From IMG/VR virus record IMGVR_UViG_3300025158_000005: a stretch of DNA of 64,000 nt. The stretch is one strand, 5' to 3'. The notes below the pieces were generated by a model that was not told the DNA's origin, did no database searches, and saw only the letters and a program-made list of their open reading frames with translations. A program made the position numbers and the translations under genes. This document shows, piece after piece, positions 37,101 to 47,508 of this stretch. Position 1 is the stretch's first letter; each line of letters opens with the position of its first letter. This stretch comes from a virus.

Positions 37101-40100
37101 GACTATTCATACTATCTACCTCGTGCAGACTTGTTAGAGTTGAAGTCTGACGGTTCTATCGTTGTTCTAAACGGAACATCTGGATATGATCTAGTTACTC
37201 CTTCGGCTGATGCTGATGCCATGGGAATTGCAACCGCGGTTGTTGCTCCTGGTAATATTGATATCAACATCAACACTGTTCAGATTACTCCAATCGGGAC
37301 AAAGCGTTACACGATGAAGGATGTTGGTTCTCTTGATCAACGTATCTCCGATCTTGAGTATTACACTCAACTGTCCGTGCTTGAGTCACAAACTTTGAAT
37401 ACCAATGTTACCGACCAAAACGGGCTAGATCGATACAAAGCAGGTATCTTGGTTGATTCCTTAACGAATAACCCTGATTCTGCTGTTGACTCAACGAATC
37501 CGGATCATAACTGTACTGTAGACTATACAAAGGGTATTGGTCGTGCTTCTGTTGACGTAAAGAACATCAACATGAACGAGTTCTTTACCGTTGATTCACA
37601 ACGTTTGACAAACAATTACCAACGTACAGGTAACACAATCACACTACCATACACGAATCAAGTTGCCATTAGTCAAGTCAACGGCAACGCACATTCATTC
37701 GTTAACCCGTTTCAGATTATTTCGTACAACGGTTTCGCAACGCTTTATCCTAACAATGACGTATGGGTTGACCAAACTGTTATCTCCAACAATACAGTTT
37801 ATTCATCAACCTCTGCATATAATGCAGCTATCGCTGCCGGGCACACCAGCGGAACATGGGACTCATGGACTGTCAACTATCAATCCTATCTAACTGGATA
37901 TCAGAATCGTTGGTTGAAAGGAGTCACAAGTGGTTCATTTACGTCTTCCGGTCTTTCTGGTAACACAGGCACAGTAACGCTGTTTGCCGGGCAAGCGAAT
38001 GCGGGTGGAGGTTCATCGAGTTCAAATAACTGGCTGACTGCTGCAAATGCTCAACTATATGCAGCCAACGGTTTGCAACTCGGAACAATGATCGGTAATC
38101 AAGGTGGTAACACTGCTGTCCTTTCTCCTTGGGGGGATGGCGCATCACAATACATTTACAACTTCCAAGGCACGAATACTCGGTATTCTCTGACACAAAA
38201 CGTATCTACCTCAACCAATGTTGTCAATGAAGTTCCTCTAGGATACACACGTACCCGCCCAATCTTCTTCAAGATTGAGGGATGCATGCCTAACACCACG
38301 ATGAACACGATTACGTTTGGTAATACCACGTTACCGATCGATCAGTCTGGTGATATCGAACTCGCAATGACCGTTAGAATTCCGGGAATTGCTCCAATTT
38401 CATCACTAAGAACGTTCTATGATACAAGCGTAGTCTCCGATGCGGAAAAGATAAATCAAGCGTCTGGACGCACTGTGTCTACTAGCGTCCTCCAGAAATA
38501 CACTGACAATTCACCTCTGACGACCATCGTTTGGGACAAGGGCGGATACGTAACCAACAACTATGGCGGTACTGCTGTTCTAGGTGACGTTGTTCAATAT
38601 AGCAATTACTATGAATTGGAGTGTGTGAACGCTCAAGGTACATGGAATACCAGTTGTTATGTCGCATCTGATGGATACAATCTAGGATATCCGACGGCTG
38701 TTGTCGCAGGCGCTGTGTCGCATACGATTACGTTGAATGCATCCGGTCGCGGTTTCGGTGTGTTCTATCCAATCTGCAACAAGACGAAGCGTTTCCCATC
38801 TGGAACAAATAAACTGACGTTCTCTAACAATACAAATCCGCTTGATGCAACTTCTACAGCCTCAGCCACGTATTATGCAAGCGGATTGTCACAACAAGTC
38901 AATCAGACAACCAACGTAACGAATGACGTAACAAGTCAAGTCATTGGTTATAACTACTTCAGTGAAACTGTCGATTATCATGAACCAATCGCACAGACTT
39001 TCTTGATCGACAAGTCTGTTGATACCGGTTATTACATCACAGGTATTGACTTATTCGTGGCTGTCTCTGATTCAAATACCCCATTGATCGTGAATATTGC
39101 AACTGCTCTGAATGGTTATCCAACTCAGAATTATATCGCAACCAAGGTAGTTTACTCGAGGCAAGTTATTGCTAACGCAACGACTCCTGCGGCTTCATAT
39201 ATCGCATTTGATAATCCTGTGTTCTTGGCATCCGGTCAAGAATATGCGTTGGTTCTAACGGCCGCACAGAGCATCGTGTGGAAGACATGGGTGAATGATC
39301 TTACGATTCCTGGTTCCGTGAACAGTAACACAACTCCTTCGATTGGTTCATTCTTCGAATCACAAAACAGTTCAACATGGACTGCCGATCAAACTAAGGA
39401 CCTAACGTTCAATCTATATCGGGCAAAGTTCAAAACAGCTTATCCTGCTGATGTTACATACGTGAACAACGCATTGACTCCGATTCTATTGGCGTTGAAT
39501 CCTCTTTACAGTATCTCTGGTTCAAGCATTGTTCGTGTACGTCAACCATCGCATGGTTTTACTATTGGTGACAAGGTTACAATGTCTTCATTCTTGCCTG
39601 GTTCGTTTACTACTCTAGGAAGTTCTGCCGTAACAAAGACCTTGACTGTTATCGATACCAAGTATGATTCGTATCTAGTTGATTTCTCTGAGATAGCTGG
39701 TGGCACAGCAACATATACGGGCTACTTTGGTGGTTCTGCCGTGACAGCCACTACTCAGATTCAATTCTCGACAGTGATGCCAAGTGTTGACGTTCAATCG
39801 TTCTCTGGCACAGATTACACAATTGGAATGACTCCAGTTTCATACGTAATGACTCCGACAAAGCAACTAACGGCTCAAGCAGAAGTTATTGCAATCAACA
39901 ATCAGACCGTTGAACTAACAGAATCATGTATCGTTCTCGCTCCTGCTAACGAGGTCGCTTCTTCATCTTACGCTGGCGGCAAGTCATTTAATCTTCGCGT
40001 TACCATGACAAGTACCAAGGATAATCTATCTCCTGCACTGAGAGTGGATCGTGCCAATCTTGTTCTTGTTCGTAACAGAATTAATAGCCCTTCTTACGTA

Positions 40101-40832
40101 TCCTCTGCGGCTGAGCAAGATCATGGTTTCGATGATATAACGTTGTTGACAACACAGACGGTAACGTATGATTATAATCAAGCAGCGCCATCAAACAGTT
40201 CTATTACTATATCCGCCGGATTCGACGCTAATCTGTTTAGCAACGTTGCCGTGGGCAAGTACATTGTCACAACTGGTGGCACTACTGCTAACGTGAACCG
40301 CGCATTCTTGATCAACAACGTGACAAATAACGGAACGAGCATGATCATTGGTGTTGATGGTACTCAAGTTATCAACACAAGTACAGGACTTGTTGTCTCG
40401 AACTTCACGGATGAACTGGCTGCCGGAGGCAAAACAACAACTCTGGTTCTCAAGAATGCGTTGAGTCTAGATGTTGCTCCGTATTACTCAAGTACCCTAA
40501 GCAACTACGTTTCTGCGCCAATGACGCTATCTGTTCCTTCTACTGGAGTTCGCGTTACATTGGATATCAACAACCCAGTTGGAACGTACCTTGAAGTCTA
40601 CTATCGCGGGGTTCAACAAAATGGATTCAATTTCTTGAGCCAGACTCCTTGGGTGAGAATTTCAGATCCTGCGATAAGTAACACCAACGATCTTCTGACG
40701 TTCAAGGAAACGACCTGGGAAGTTTCTAGCGTACCTTCATTTGACAAAGTTCAAATCAAGATCGCCCTGAAAGCGGATGTCGATTCGAATACCCCCAAGT
40801 TCAAGAACGTTAGAGTGATGGCACTAGCATGA
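34167..40832 (+). CDS. large virion structural protein (DUF4815/VrlC-like)
   Basis: N.SPYFDDF...YYKVLF.P.RPVQ.RELN..QSILQNQ, APGADR, RTYDE.GDF, YTMKD...L..RI..LEYY..LS.LE, PIAQTF, SQN.STWT. Confidence 0.85.
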   Translation: MTTNFNLSPYFDDFADSNNYYKVLFQPSRPVQTRELNQLQSILQNQIAKNGDFMFKNGAMIVPGQIFFDNTVTYITVNSVNGVGVSADVQLSSAVGKTLSNGSTTTAIVVFTEASTDADLTTLFIRYTGGNGTFSAGDTLTATDSSVSFTVSAGTSAVPYTGTGSIVTINDGVYYVNGNFVNVSKQTISLDKYSNTPTWTVGLNVVETIVTANDDSSLYDNALGYPNYGAPGADRYKIMLTLGKKDYSTTRVTGSDLQFIDLLQVQNGVITFEVDDTAFASFERMMATRTYDEAGDFLVNPVTFSVTDYRSNNRGNWASNTAYLVGDVVKTVDGSYWEANSSGVSSTTEPTTLTNTQWAVTDGDVNWAYTNTPVYNNGINVDGNTVTLDTMLANDQQMVYKVSPGSGYIKGFRVVKQGPSFDATSKATDHVYQPAEIVSINAGSNMQVTNVSGIPDIHTYELLNVYYTQQTETWASLKRTAVGTCNIVGGVIVNSSIQLTDYGFGYDPQNPPTVTITSGSPSTAATFKVNMSLDGQIQSIVAVNAGAGYTNGTGLSLTIDAPGANAPVIGTCRVRSMEYSQGTIGISSCVYDVQVFDVNLNPGYNFQEHAFSLQNASGSFKCDINRTYTTLLGTVSITSGSKSVSGVGTNFMASLNPGQLIRIGGAYYNRVGIDNYSNVAFTSSNNFTASLSNTLIELVTNSFVSTGALIQSMPKPFVRSLRAADDATSTMQYTIVRHYTTTVTSNNATITLSVPGETFTNPLTTGNYLVAIQNGAIYTTAQYTVTRTSDTQITINIPSLSSGTIEVLTKITKNVGASKEKQKTLKIGTLSITNVSQVAASTITLPNADIYRIVKIMQSNGIGTVTGGNYPAFVAANATDLTNNYTVFNGQNSFYYDLGSITLNKGAQAPNNTLMIVYEYFQHSAGDYCSVNSYGNLPYEKLTPMQTNTIDFRPVNGTTDFTTGQITEPLVYGSDFVTDYSYYLPRADLLELKSDGSIVVLNGTSGYDLVTPSADADAMGIATAVVAPGNIDININTVQITPIGTKRYTMKDVGSLDQRISDLEYYTQLSVLESQTLNTNVTDQNGLDRYKAGILVDSLTNNPDSAVDSTNPDHNCTVDYTKGIGRASVDVKNINMNEFFTVDSQRLTNNYQRTGNTITLPYTNQVAISQVNGNAHSFVNPFQIISYNGFATLYPNNDVWVDQTVISNNTVYSSTSAYNAAIAAGHTSGTWDSWTVNYQSYLTGYQNRWLKGVTSGSFTSSGLSGNTGTVTLFAGQANAGGGSSSSNNWLTAANAQLYAANGLQLGTMIGNQGGNTAVLSPWGDGASQYIYNFQGTNTRYSLTQNVSTSTNVVNEVPLGYTRTRPIFFKIEGCMPNTTMNTITFGNTTLPIDQSGDIELAMTVRIPGIAPISSLRTFYDTSVVSDAEKINQASGRTVSTSVLQKYTDNSPLTTIVWDKGGYVTNNYGGTAVLGDVVQYSNYYELECVNAQGTWNTSCYVASDGYNLGYPTAVVAGAVSHTITLNASGRGFGVFYPICNKTKRFPSGTNKLTFSNNTNPLDATSTASATYYASGLSQQVNQTTNVTNDVTSQVIGYNYFSETVDYHEPIAQTFLIDKSVDTGYYITGIDLFVAVSDSNTPLIVNIATALNGYPTQNYIATKVVYSRQVIANATTPAASYIAFDNPVFLASGQEYALVLTAAQSIVWKTWVNDLTIPGSVNSNTTPSIGSFFESQNSSTWTADQTKDLTFNLYRAKFKTAYPADVTYVNNALTPILLALNPLYSISGSSIVRVRQPSHGFTIGDKVTMSSFLPGSFTTLGSSAVTKTLTVIDTKYDSYLVDFSEIAGGTATYTGYFGGSAVTATTQIQFSTVMPSVDVQSFSGTDYTIGMTPVSYVMTPTKQLTAQAEVIAINNQTVELTESCIVLAPANEVASSSYAGGKSFNLRVTMTSTKDNLSPALRVDRANLVLVRNRINSPSYVSSAAEQDHGFDDITLLTTQTVTYDYNQAAPSNSSITISAGFDANLFSNVAVGKYIVTTGGTTANVNRAFLINNVTNNGTSMIIGVDGTQVINTSTGLVVSNFTDELAAGGKTTTLVLKNALSLDVAPYYSSTLSNYVSAPMTLSVPSTGVRVTLDINNPVGTYLEVYYRGVQQNGFNFLSQTPWVRISDPAISNTNDLLTFKETTWEVSSVPSFDKVQIKIALKADVDSNTPKFKNVRVMALA

Positions 40833-41038
40833 TACCTGTAAAAGACAATCCAAATTGGTTTCGTGATGCCTCCGGCGCAATCGTCAATCATGATAAGAAT
40901 ACGTACATGGCTTATCAAGAGAAAAGACAGATTTCGGCCGCTAACATAGACAGAATTGATCGCTTGGAAGTTGGTTTTGCAGAGATAAATAATAAGATGA
41001 ATCAACTCATTTCACTCTTATCAGGTAGCAAGCAATGA
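40829..41038 (+). CDS. small conserved structural-region protein
   Basis: V.......RD..GAIVN motif and coiled-coil C-terminus. Confidence 0.7.
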   Translation: MIPVKDNPNWFRDASGAIVNHDKNTYMAYQEKRQISAANIDRIDRLEVGFAEINNKMNQLISLLSGSKQ

Positions 41039-42363
41039 CCGATTTCGTAACAGTCCAAAGAACAGACACATTCGACACGTGGAGAGCGCAAACAAACGTT
41101 CTTGGCACAAACGTCGGAGCAATGTCTGGATTGAGCGGTGCGTTTTCTGGGCATAATTCTAACCTTGTTACCGCCATGAACTATCTTCAAACGTCCGCTG
41201 GTGTTTCTGCCGGAGGTATTGAACAACAAACTGCTAGTTCCAGTCAGACGGTATTCACTTTAACAACTCTGTCATATTCGGTTGGCACTGGTTCATTGAA
41301 GGTCTATATTGATGGTATTCGTCAGTTCCCAGGAACATACACGGAAACCAATAGTACCACGGTAACGTTCTCTGCTGGTTTGTCTGCTGCTTCTGTTGCA
41401 GCGTTTGAAGTTGCCGGTTTGCAGCCGATGGAGTTCAATGCGAACGCATTATCTGGAGCTACTCTAGCATCAAGCGTTGTTACATCAAGTCTAACGACCG
41501 TTGGAACGATTGGTACAGGTGTATGGCAAGGTTCTGTTGTCGCAGGTCAATACGGCGGCACCGGTGTAGCAAACACGGGCAAGACGATCACTCTAGGCGG
41601 TAATCTTACAACGTCTGGAGCATTCGCAACCACATTGACGATTACCGCTGCAACCAACGTCACGTTGCCGACAAGCGGAACACTAGCTACAACTGGACAA
41701 CAATTCTACATTGGAACGACCGCGATCGCAATCAATCAAGGTTCGGGAACGGTTACCCTTCCTAACGCGGCGTTAACTAATAGTTCTGTTACGATTGGTT
41801 CGACTGCTGTTTCACTCGGTTCGACAGTCACCGCATTCTCAGGATTGACTACATTGAGAATGTCTGGCCAGTTGACAAGCACTCTAGCTACAGGAACTGC
41901 TCCATTTGTGGTTGCTTCAACAACCAACGTAGCCAATTTGAATGCATCAAGTTTAAAAGGTGCGACATTTGCTGCTCCCGGCGCGATTGGAAGTGCCACC
42001 CCAGCGTCAGGAACATTTACTACACTAACCGCGACAGCGGCAGGAACATTTACTGCACTAACCGCAACTGGTGCGTCAACAATCGAAGGATATACCACAA
42101 GAATTATCAGTACGACCACAACAGCCACGGCTGGCACAACGTATGTAGCTACGGCTTCACTTGCATTCACGTTGCCGGCTTCGCCTGCTGCTGGTGATGT
42201 TGTTGGTTTCGTCAACGCATCAGCAACGACTACATGCACGATTAATCCGGGATCAAATTATATTATGGGGGTATCTGGAACAATGACAGTCGATTCTCTA
42301 AACGCGAATTTCAATCTGCAATATTCTGGCAACAGTACGGCTCCGGGATGGGTGTTCATATGA
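41035..42363 (+). CDS. tail fibre / whisker-like protein
   Basis: TDTFDTWR..TN N-terminus, Thr/Gly fibre repeats, C-terminal TLPA.P..GD...IMG...GW domain. Confidence 0.8.
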   Translation: MTDFVTVQRTDTFDTWRAQTNVLGTNVGAMSGLSGAFSGHNSNLVTAMNYLQTSAGVSAGGIEQQTASSSQTVFTLTTLSYSVGTGSLKVYIDGIRQFPGTYTETNSTTVTFSAGLSAASVAAFEVAGLQPMEFNANALSGATLASSVVTSSLTTVGTIGTGVWQGSVVAGQYGGTGVANTGKTITLGGNLTTSGAFATTLTITAATNVTLPTSGTLATTGQQFYIGTTAIAINQGSGTVTLPNAALTNSSVTIGSTAVSLGSTVTAFSGLTTLRMSGQLTSTLATGTAPFVVASTTNVANLNASSLKGATFAAPGAIGSATPASGTFTTLTATAAGTFTALTATGASTIEGYTTRIISTTTTATAGTTYVATASLAFTLPASPAAGDVVGFVNASATTTCTINPGSNYIMGVSGTMTVDSLNANFNLQYSGNSTAPGWVFI

Positions 42364-42737
42364 TGCAACTACCTAAGCGAAGTCATGAGTTTTTGATAAA
42401 GCGGATTGACAGAACTAAGAAATTCACCACGGTTGATCTAACGGTCGAGTCGGGTGACGAATATGATTATACGTATGTCGTTGATGGTGGTTCGTATTCT
42501 GCAAACACCTTCATGAAGAAGGGTGTATTAGTTCTTCCTACGAAACCACACGTAGGATTTCAAATTTTTGTGAGTGATCAGTTTGGGTCATGGAAATGGT
42601 ATCCGCTGATGATTCATCGTAACGGGCAAAGAATAATGGGTATAGAAGAAAATATGGAGTGCGACATGGAATACGCAGTATTCAAGATGATATATGTAAA
42701 CCCTAGTATTGGTTGGAAAGTGGAGGATGGGCTATGA
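42360..42737 (+). CDS. fibre connector-like protein
   Basis: LP..P.VG.....D....W......RNG.RIMG......Y.....GW. Confidence 0.7.
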   Translation: MMQLPKRSHEFLIKRIDRTKKFTTVDLTVESGDEYDYTYVVDGGSYSANTFMKKGVLVLPTKPHVGFQIFVSDQFGSWKWYPLMIHRNGQRIMGIEENMECDMEYAVFKMIYVNPSIGWKVEDGL

Positions 42738-43747
42738 GCACTCTGAGTCAGTTTTTTAGTGGCGGCGCATCTGCTATATTGACACATGCCATTATCGGAA
42801 TTAGCAGGACTTATGTAGTTCCCGCGACTGGAAAGTATGTTGCTATAGTTTTGGGCGCAGGCGGTTCAGGCGCTCTTGCATATTACCCAGGTAGCGCTTC
42901 TGCAAGTGGTGGCTCTGCTGGTGGATTAGGAGTAAAGCTATTATCTCTTACTGCTGGTGCATCGCTAACAGCTACAATTGGCGCAGGTAGCGCAGGAAGG
43001 GCGGCATCAGCACAAAATGGCGGCGCAGGAGGAGCAACAACACTAGCAGGTTCTGGATTTTCAACAGTGACTGCATATGGCGGCGCAGGAGGATTGTATG
43101 CAGTATCAGCGGGAGTAGCAGGAGTTGCTGGCGGCGGAATTCTAAATTGTGATTTTGGGTTTACTGGCGGCTCTAGCGGATCGTGTTCGTGGACTAATGG
43201 AGGAGGGGCGGCAACTGGAGGAGGGGCGGTAAATATAGGATATAACACTGTTTCTGGCAATGCTACGGTTGTAAGTTCTAGTACCCATGCTGCGTCTGGC
43301 GGTGCTGGCATGGGCGGTTCTAGCGGTAACGTAGTTCTCACTGGCAGCTCTCAAAAAGGTGCATCAGGAGGAGGAGGAACTCATCCGGTATATGGCACTA
43401 GTGGTCAGGTAATCGGCGGGGCAACATCAGCTGGTGGACTTCCTATGTGTACTAATGATTCTGTCTATTATCCTCCTTGGTTAATGTTTCCCGGAATTGC
43501 TGTCGGCGCAGGAGGAGATGGAATGAGTACAGCCACCATCACTCCCGGAGGTATTGGCGCAGGAAGCGGAGGTATAGCTAACAACGGCGCCCTCGGCGGC
43601 GGCGGAGGTGGTTTATCCGCATCTAAATCAAACAACGCTGCCTCTGCTGGCAATGGTGGGCTAGGAGCAGGCGGCGGCGGTGACACCGCTTATAACTATT
43701 CAGGCGCTGGTGGCAATGGGTTAATTATTATCTATAGGATTGCATGA
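42734..43747 (+). CDS. glycine-rich fibre-tip adhesin-like protein
   Basis: GAGGSG/GGGG motifs throughout; RBS GGAGG before ATG 42734. Confidence 0.75.
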   Translation: MSTLSQFFSGGASAILTHAIIGISRTYVVPATGKYVAIVLGAGGSGALAYYPGSASASGGSAGGLGVKLLSLTAGASLTATIGAGSAGRAASAQNGGAGGATTLAGSGFSTVTAYGGAGGLYAVSAGVAGVAGGGILNCDFGFTGGSSGSCSWTNGGGAATGGGAVNIGYNTVSGNATVVSSSTHAASGGAGMGGSSGNVVLTGSSQKGASGGGGTHPVYGTSGQVIGGATSAGGLPMCTNDSVYYPPWLMFPGIAVGAGGDGMSTATITPGGIGAGSGGIANNGALGGGGGGLSASKSNNAASAGNGGLGAGGGGDTAYNYSGAGGNGLIIIYRIA

Positions 43748-44115
43748 TGAGATATAACATATTAGATAACACAGGAAATGTTATCAACAGTATTATTGCT
43801 GATCAGTCTTTTGTTGACTCTGCCTATCCGGGAAAGTATGAACTAGTAGAAACTTTCCCCCAACCGGCAAGCATAGTTCCACCAAAAACTGCCTTCACTC
43901 ATCTTGAGATCATGGCCCGATTCACCATGGAAGAACTAGCATCCATATATACCGCAGCAAAAACAACTGCTGACGTAGAAGTTTGGCTAGACATGTTTAA
44001 ACTTGCTCAAGAAATAAATGTGACCGATCCGCAGACTATCTCTGGATTGAATTCTCTTGAAGCTGCCGGATTGCTTGCGTCAGGGCGTGCTGCTCAGATT
44101 CTTGCGACAGCATAA
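43744..44115 (+). CDS. fibre-associated (chaperone-like) protein
   Basis: RFT.EE...I, DP.T..GL..LE..GLL..GRA.QIL. Confidence 0.65.
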   Translation: MMRYNILDNTGNVINSIIADQSFVDSAYPGKYELVETFPQPASIVPPKTAFTHLEIMARFTMEELASIYTAAKTTADVEVWLDMFKLAQEINVTDPQTISGLNSLEAAGLLASGRAAQILATA

Positions 44116-44146
44116 ATAATTGTAATATTAACAACATCTTATTCAT

Positions 44147-44755
44147 ATGGCTAACGAACAACCTGCACTTGATTATGTGATTGATCGTATGGACAAAATT
44201 GAATCTCGCCTTGAACGATTCATCGAAGAAAACACCAAGAGACTCAATACCCTGATTGAATTGACTCGTCATATGTCCGCCATGAATGAGCGTCAACAAC
44301 GACATTCGGATGATATCTCTGACATGAAAGCACGACTAGCTCAGATCGAAACCGATTCAAATGCGTCAGTTGTAAGGATAAATACACGGGTTGATGATAT
44401 CGCCAAGGAATTCGGTAAGGATATGGATGTGATGAAGACTTCCATGATCGAAAAGATGGCTAAGGTATCTGCTGAATGTGAGACTAAACAAAACAAGATT
44501 ATACATGATTGTGATAGTAAATTTGCTACTGCCAATATGAAAAATACAGCAACCGAGAATGAATTAACAAAGTGGTTGAATCGTGGTTTTGGTGCATGGT
44601 TTGTTCTTGCCGCAATCGCAGGTGGGGTTGAGTGGTATATCAAGATATCCATGGATGAACACCATTCCTTGATCACAGAACTTCAACAATCAAATTCTCA
44701 ACTAAGGCAGGCTGTAGATCGCTCAACAATCGCCATCGACAAACAGTCAAAATAA
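44147..44755 (+). CDS. coiled-coil protein with one C-terminal transmembrane helix (possibly lysis-related)
   Basis: Heptad repeats followed by GFGAWFVLAAIAGGVEWY; has its own late promoter. Confidence 0.6.
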   Translation: MANEQPALDYVIDRMDKIESRLERFIEENTKRLNTLIELTRHMSAMNERQQRHSDDISDMKARLAQIETDSNASVVRINTRVDDIAKEFGKDMDVMKTSMIEKMAKVSAECETKQNKIIHDCDSKFATANMKNTATENELTKWLNRGFGAWFVLAAIAGGVEWYIKISMDEHHSLITELQQSNSQLRQAVDRSTIAIDKQSK

Positions 44756-44818
44756 CACAGTATAAATATGGCGTAACTCATGTTGAGTGACTTTTAACTT
44801 TAAGATGGAGAAAATATT

Positions 44819-45022
44819 ATGACGAATGAAACGCCTCTGATTTGGACAACCAAGGGCAATTTGCCTGTTGAGAGTTTGGAATATTCCGCACAATGGTATG
44901 AGACCTCTGATTTTATCAAATTGGTCGAAACCTATGTTTTGGAAGGTGAAGTAGTGAAACAAAACGCACACATCAAGCTAAAAGAGGGTGCTAGTACTAA
45001 CGCGATTCAAGGTGGGTTTTGA
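44819..45022 (+). CDS. small conserved protein
   Basis: LIWTTKGNLPV..L.Y...W; RBS GGAG. Confidence 0.7.
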   Translation: MTNETPLIWTTKGNLPVESLEYSAQWYETSDFIKLVETYVLEGEVVKQNAHIKLKEGASTNAIQGGF

Positions 45023-45055
45023 TCCTACTAATCTAAATTTTAAGGAGATTTAAAC

Positions 45056-45532
45056 ATGGCTAATGTCCAAGGTATTTGTAATTCATTCAAGTCAGAATGT
45101 CTATCTGGTATTCATGCACTCGGCACTACAGTAACTCGTGGTGCCACAACGGCTGATGACGTCATGGCAGCACTTTATCTGACTACGGCTAACATCAGTG
45201 CAACCAAGGCAACCTATGGTGGTACTGTTGGTTCAGTTGCTGATACTGGTGAGGTTAGTGGAACTGGTTACACGGCTGGTGGTGTAGTTGTTACTAACGC
45301 AACGCCGCCTTCGATTTCAGGCACGACTGCAATCTGGACACCTTCCGCTTCAATTGTTTATTCGTCTGTTACTCTGGCAACTTCGTTTGATTGTGTGTTG
45401 TTGTTCAATTCAACCCAAGGAAACAAGGCAATCGCATTATATACCTTCGGCGCTCAGAGGGTGACTGCTGGTACGTTGACGCTGACGATGCCTACCAATG
45501 ACGCATCTAACGCTCTGCTACGTCTTGCCTAA
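45056..45532 (+). CDS. virion structural protein
   Basis: CNSFK.E.L.G.H, ALY, EVSGTGYTAGG, FG...T.GT.T...P. Confidence 0.8.
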   Translation: MANVQGICNSFKSECLSGIHALGTTVTRGATTADDVMAALYLTTANISATKATYGGTVGSVADTGEVSGTGYTAGGVVVTNATPPSISGTTAIWTPSASIVYSSVTLATSFDCVLLFNSTQGNKAIALYTFGAQRVTAGTLTLTMPTNDASNALLRLA

Positions 45533-45535
45533 TAC

Positions 45536-46156
45536 ATGGCAATCGTAACACATGCATCAAAAGCGGCTGCGCTAACTTATGCGGAGATGGATAACAACTT
45601 CGCAGAGTTAGACGACCGTACTGCAACTAAGTGGCAAAACCTTCGTGCTCAGATTGATGTTTCTGGCACAACAACGCCCCCACTAAAAACTTCATACAAG
45701 GGTGCATTCCAGATAAACACGTTCGATGCTAACTCGGTACAGGAATGTACTGCGTTGTTCCATATGCCCCGTGATTTCGTGATTGGTTCAGATTTTTATC
45801 CTCATGGGCATATACTTCAACTAACTGCCAACTCGGGCACGGTTAGATGGGGATTCGATTTCATCTGGGCTAATGAGTTTGGTGATGGGGATTTGGGTGT
45901 TACTTCTGATATGAAGTTTAGTTCGATCATGACAACGTATGTTGAGGTCGCTCTCGACGGAACGACTCAGGATGTAAATTTGGTGGCAGAGACAACAACA
46001 CCGATGAATATTCCAAATATGGGACCAGATGCCGTTATCATGTTGAGAGTATTCCGAGATGCGGGTCATCCAAACGATACATACCCTGACCCGATTGGTC
46101 TGTTGTTTATTGACGCATATTATCAATCTCAGGGATTTGGAACGGCGGAGAGATAA
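45536..46156 (+). CDS. virion structural protein with fibre-anchor N-terminus
   Basis: K...LTYAEMDNNF N-terminus; HMP.D...G....PH.H, RV.RD.....DTY. Confidence 0.75.
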   Translation: MAIVTHASKAAALTYAEMDNNFAELDDRTATKWQNLRAQIDVSGTTTPPLKTSYKGAFQINTFDANSVQECTALFHMPRDFVIGSDFYPHGHILQLTANSGTVRWGFDFIWANEFGDGDLGVTSDMKFSSIMTTYVEVALDGTTQDVNLVAETTTPMNIPNMGPDAVIMLRVFRDAGHPNDTYPDPIGLLFIDAYYQSQGFGTAER

Positions 46157-47069
46157 TACCATACATAGTTGATAGAGTATCAGACACCACAACGAGCACC
46201 GGAACTGGTCCTATTACGTTAAACAACACCCCACCAGATGCGACGTTTCAGACGTTCGCTGCGGGTTTCGGAACTGGTGTTCGGAAGGTTTCTTATTGTA
46301 TCGTAGATGCAACCAACGTAGCGACAGTGTTAAGATTATACATCAACAACGGCTCTGGTCGAATGTCTTCTGTCATTTCTCCTGTTTCAGGTACGCCAAC
46401 TGGCACTCCGTCTAGAAGTGGTGAAACACTTCTAGCCCAATCATATTTCGCAAAAATTGTTGCTTATGACCAGTTTGATGCTCCAACAACAGTATCTACA
46501 GAAACTGCTGCTGTGACTACAACCGGAACAACAAGTTCAATTGTATGGAACTGGACTGATGCCACGGGCGCCGCTTCCTATCGTATTTACGTTGGTAACA
46601 CAACAGGTGGACAACACACATACTTCTCCGCGACAACTAACACTTTTACCCAAACTGCTGCAGTGGGTACTCGCAACTCATTATCTGGATCACTGTTAAA
46701 TAATTTGTTCTTCGGTGAAATATCTCTCCCTGCTACGACAGCAACGACCTCAACTGTTGATGTTGAGTATCCTATTAATATGGCATTACCTCCCGGATAT
46801 CGTATTATTGACGGATTCGGCACGACAGTTGCTGCTGGTTGGTTTATTACTGCATATGGTGGCGACTATTAATGCTTGTTATCTGCAATCTTCCATCAAA
46901 CATAAATGCTGATCAACAGTTCTTCGGAGCAAACTCCGCTGCTGCTGGTGTGTTGGCATACATGGAAGAAGCCGCTGGAGGCGGCGGAACTGGTGGATCA
47001 GATACTGGCTCCGTTGCTTATCCAGCAGGTAACGGCGGCGTTGGTATCATAATAGCAACTTCATGGTAA
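46156..47069 (+). pseudogene. decayed or chimeric fibre-module genes
   Basis: Frame is open from an ATA at 46156 (DRVSDTTTSTGTG...) into 46327..46872; 46872..47069 is a very short glycine-rich remnant. Confidence 0.5.
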
Positions 47070-47079
47070 AAGAGAAAAT

Positions 47080-47499
47080 ATGATTTTATATGATTTTTCA
47101 AGTAAACAATGGTGCCTAAGACAGACTGATCCGTCTGAATGGACCTTGCAAGATGCAATCGCACATATACTCACGATGATTAATCAGTTTGCATATGATT
47201 TGAGGGACTTTTATTGCTCTACAGCATCTCCATATGAAGCATCTTCATGGTCATTAAAGAAAAATGAAGCAAACGGATTCTCAATTGGAAATCCTACACC
47301 AATGTTAGATATTGAAGCACAAGCGAGGGGTGTTACTACGGCTGATTTGGCTTCCAAGATTCTAGCAAAAGCGACTGCACTAGCACAACTTGAAGCAGTT
47401 ATCTCCGGCACATGTGGAAGGCATCAGGATATAGTATCACAACTGACAGACATAAGTAGTGTATTAGACTACGATTGGTCAGTTGGCTGGCCCATCTAA
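47080..47499 (+). CDS. tail fibre assembly-like protein
   Basis: E..SW..K..EA, TPML..EA.ARG....LA.KIL.KA, I.G. Confidence 0.7.
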   Translation: MILYDFSSKQWCLRQTDPSEWTLQDAIAHILTMINQFAYDLRDFYCSTASPYEASSWSLKKNEANGFSIGNPTPMLDIEAQARGVTTADLASKILAKATALAQLEAVISGTCGRHQDIVSQLTDISSVLDYDWSVGWPI

Positions 47500-47508
47500 G
47501 GAGCTTAG

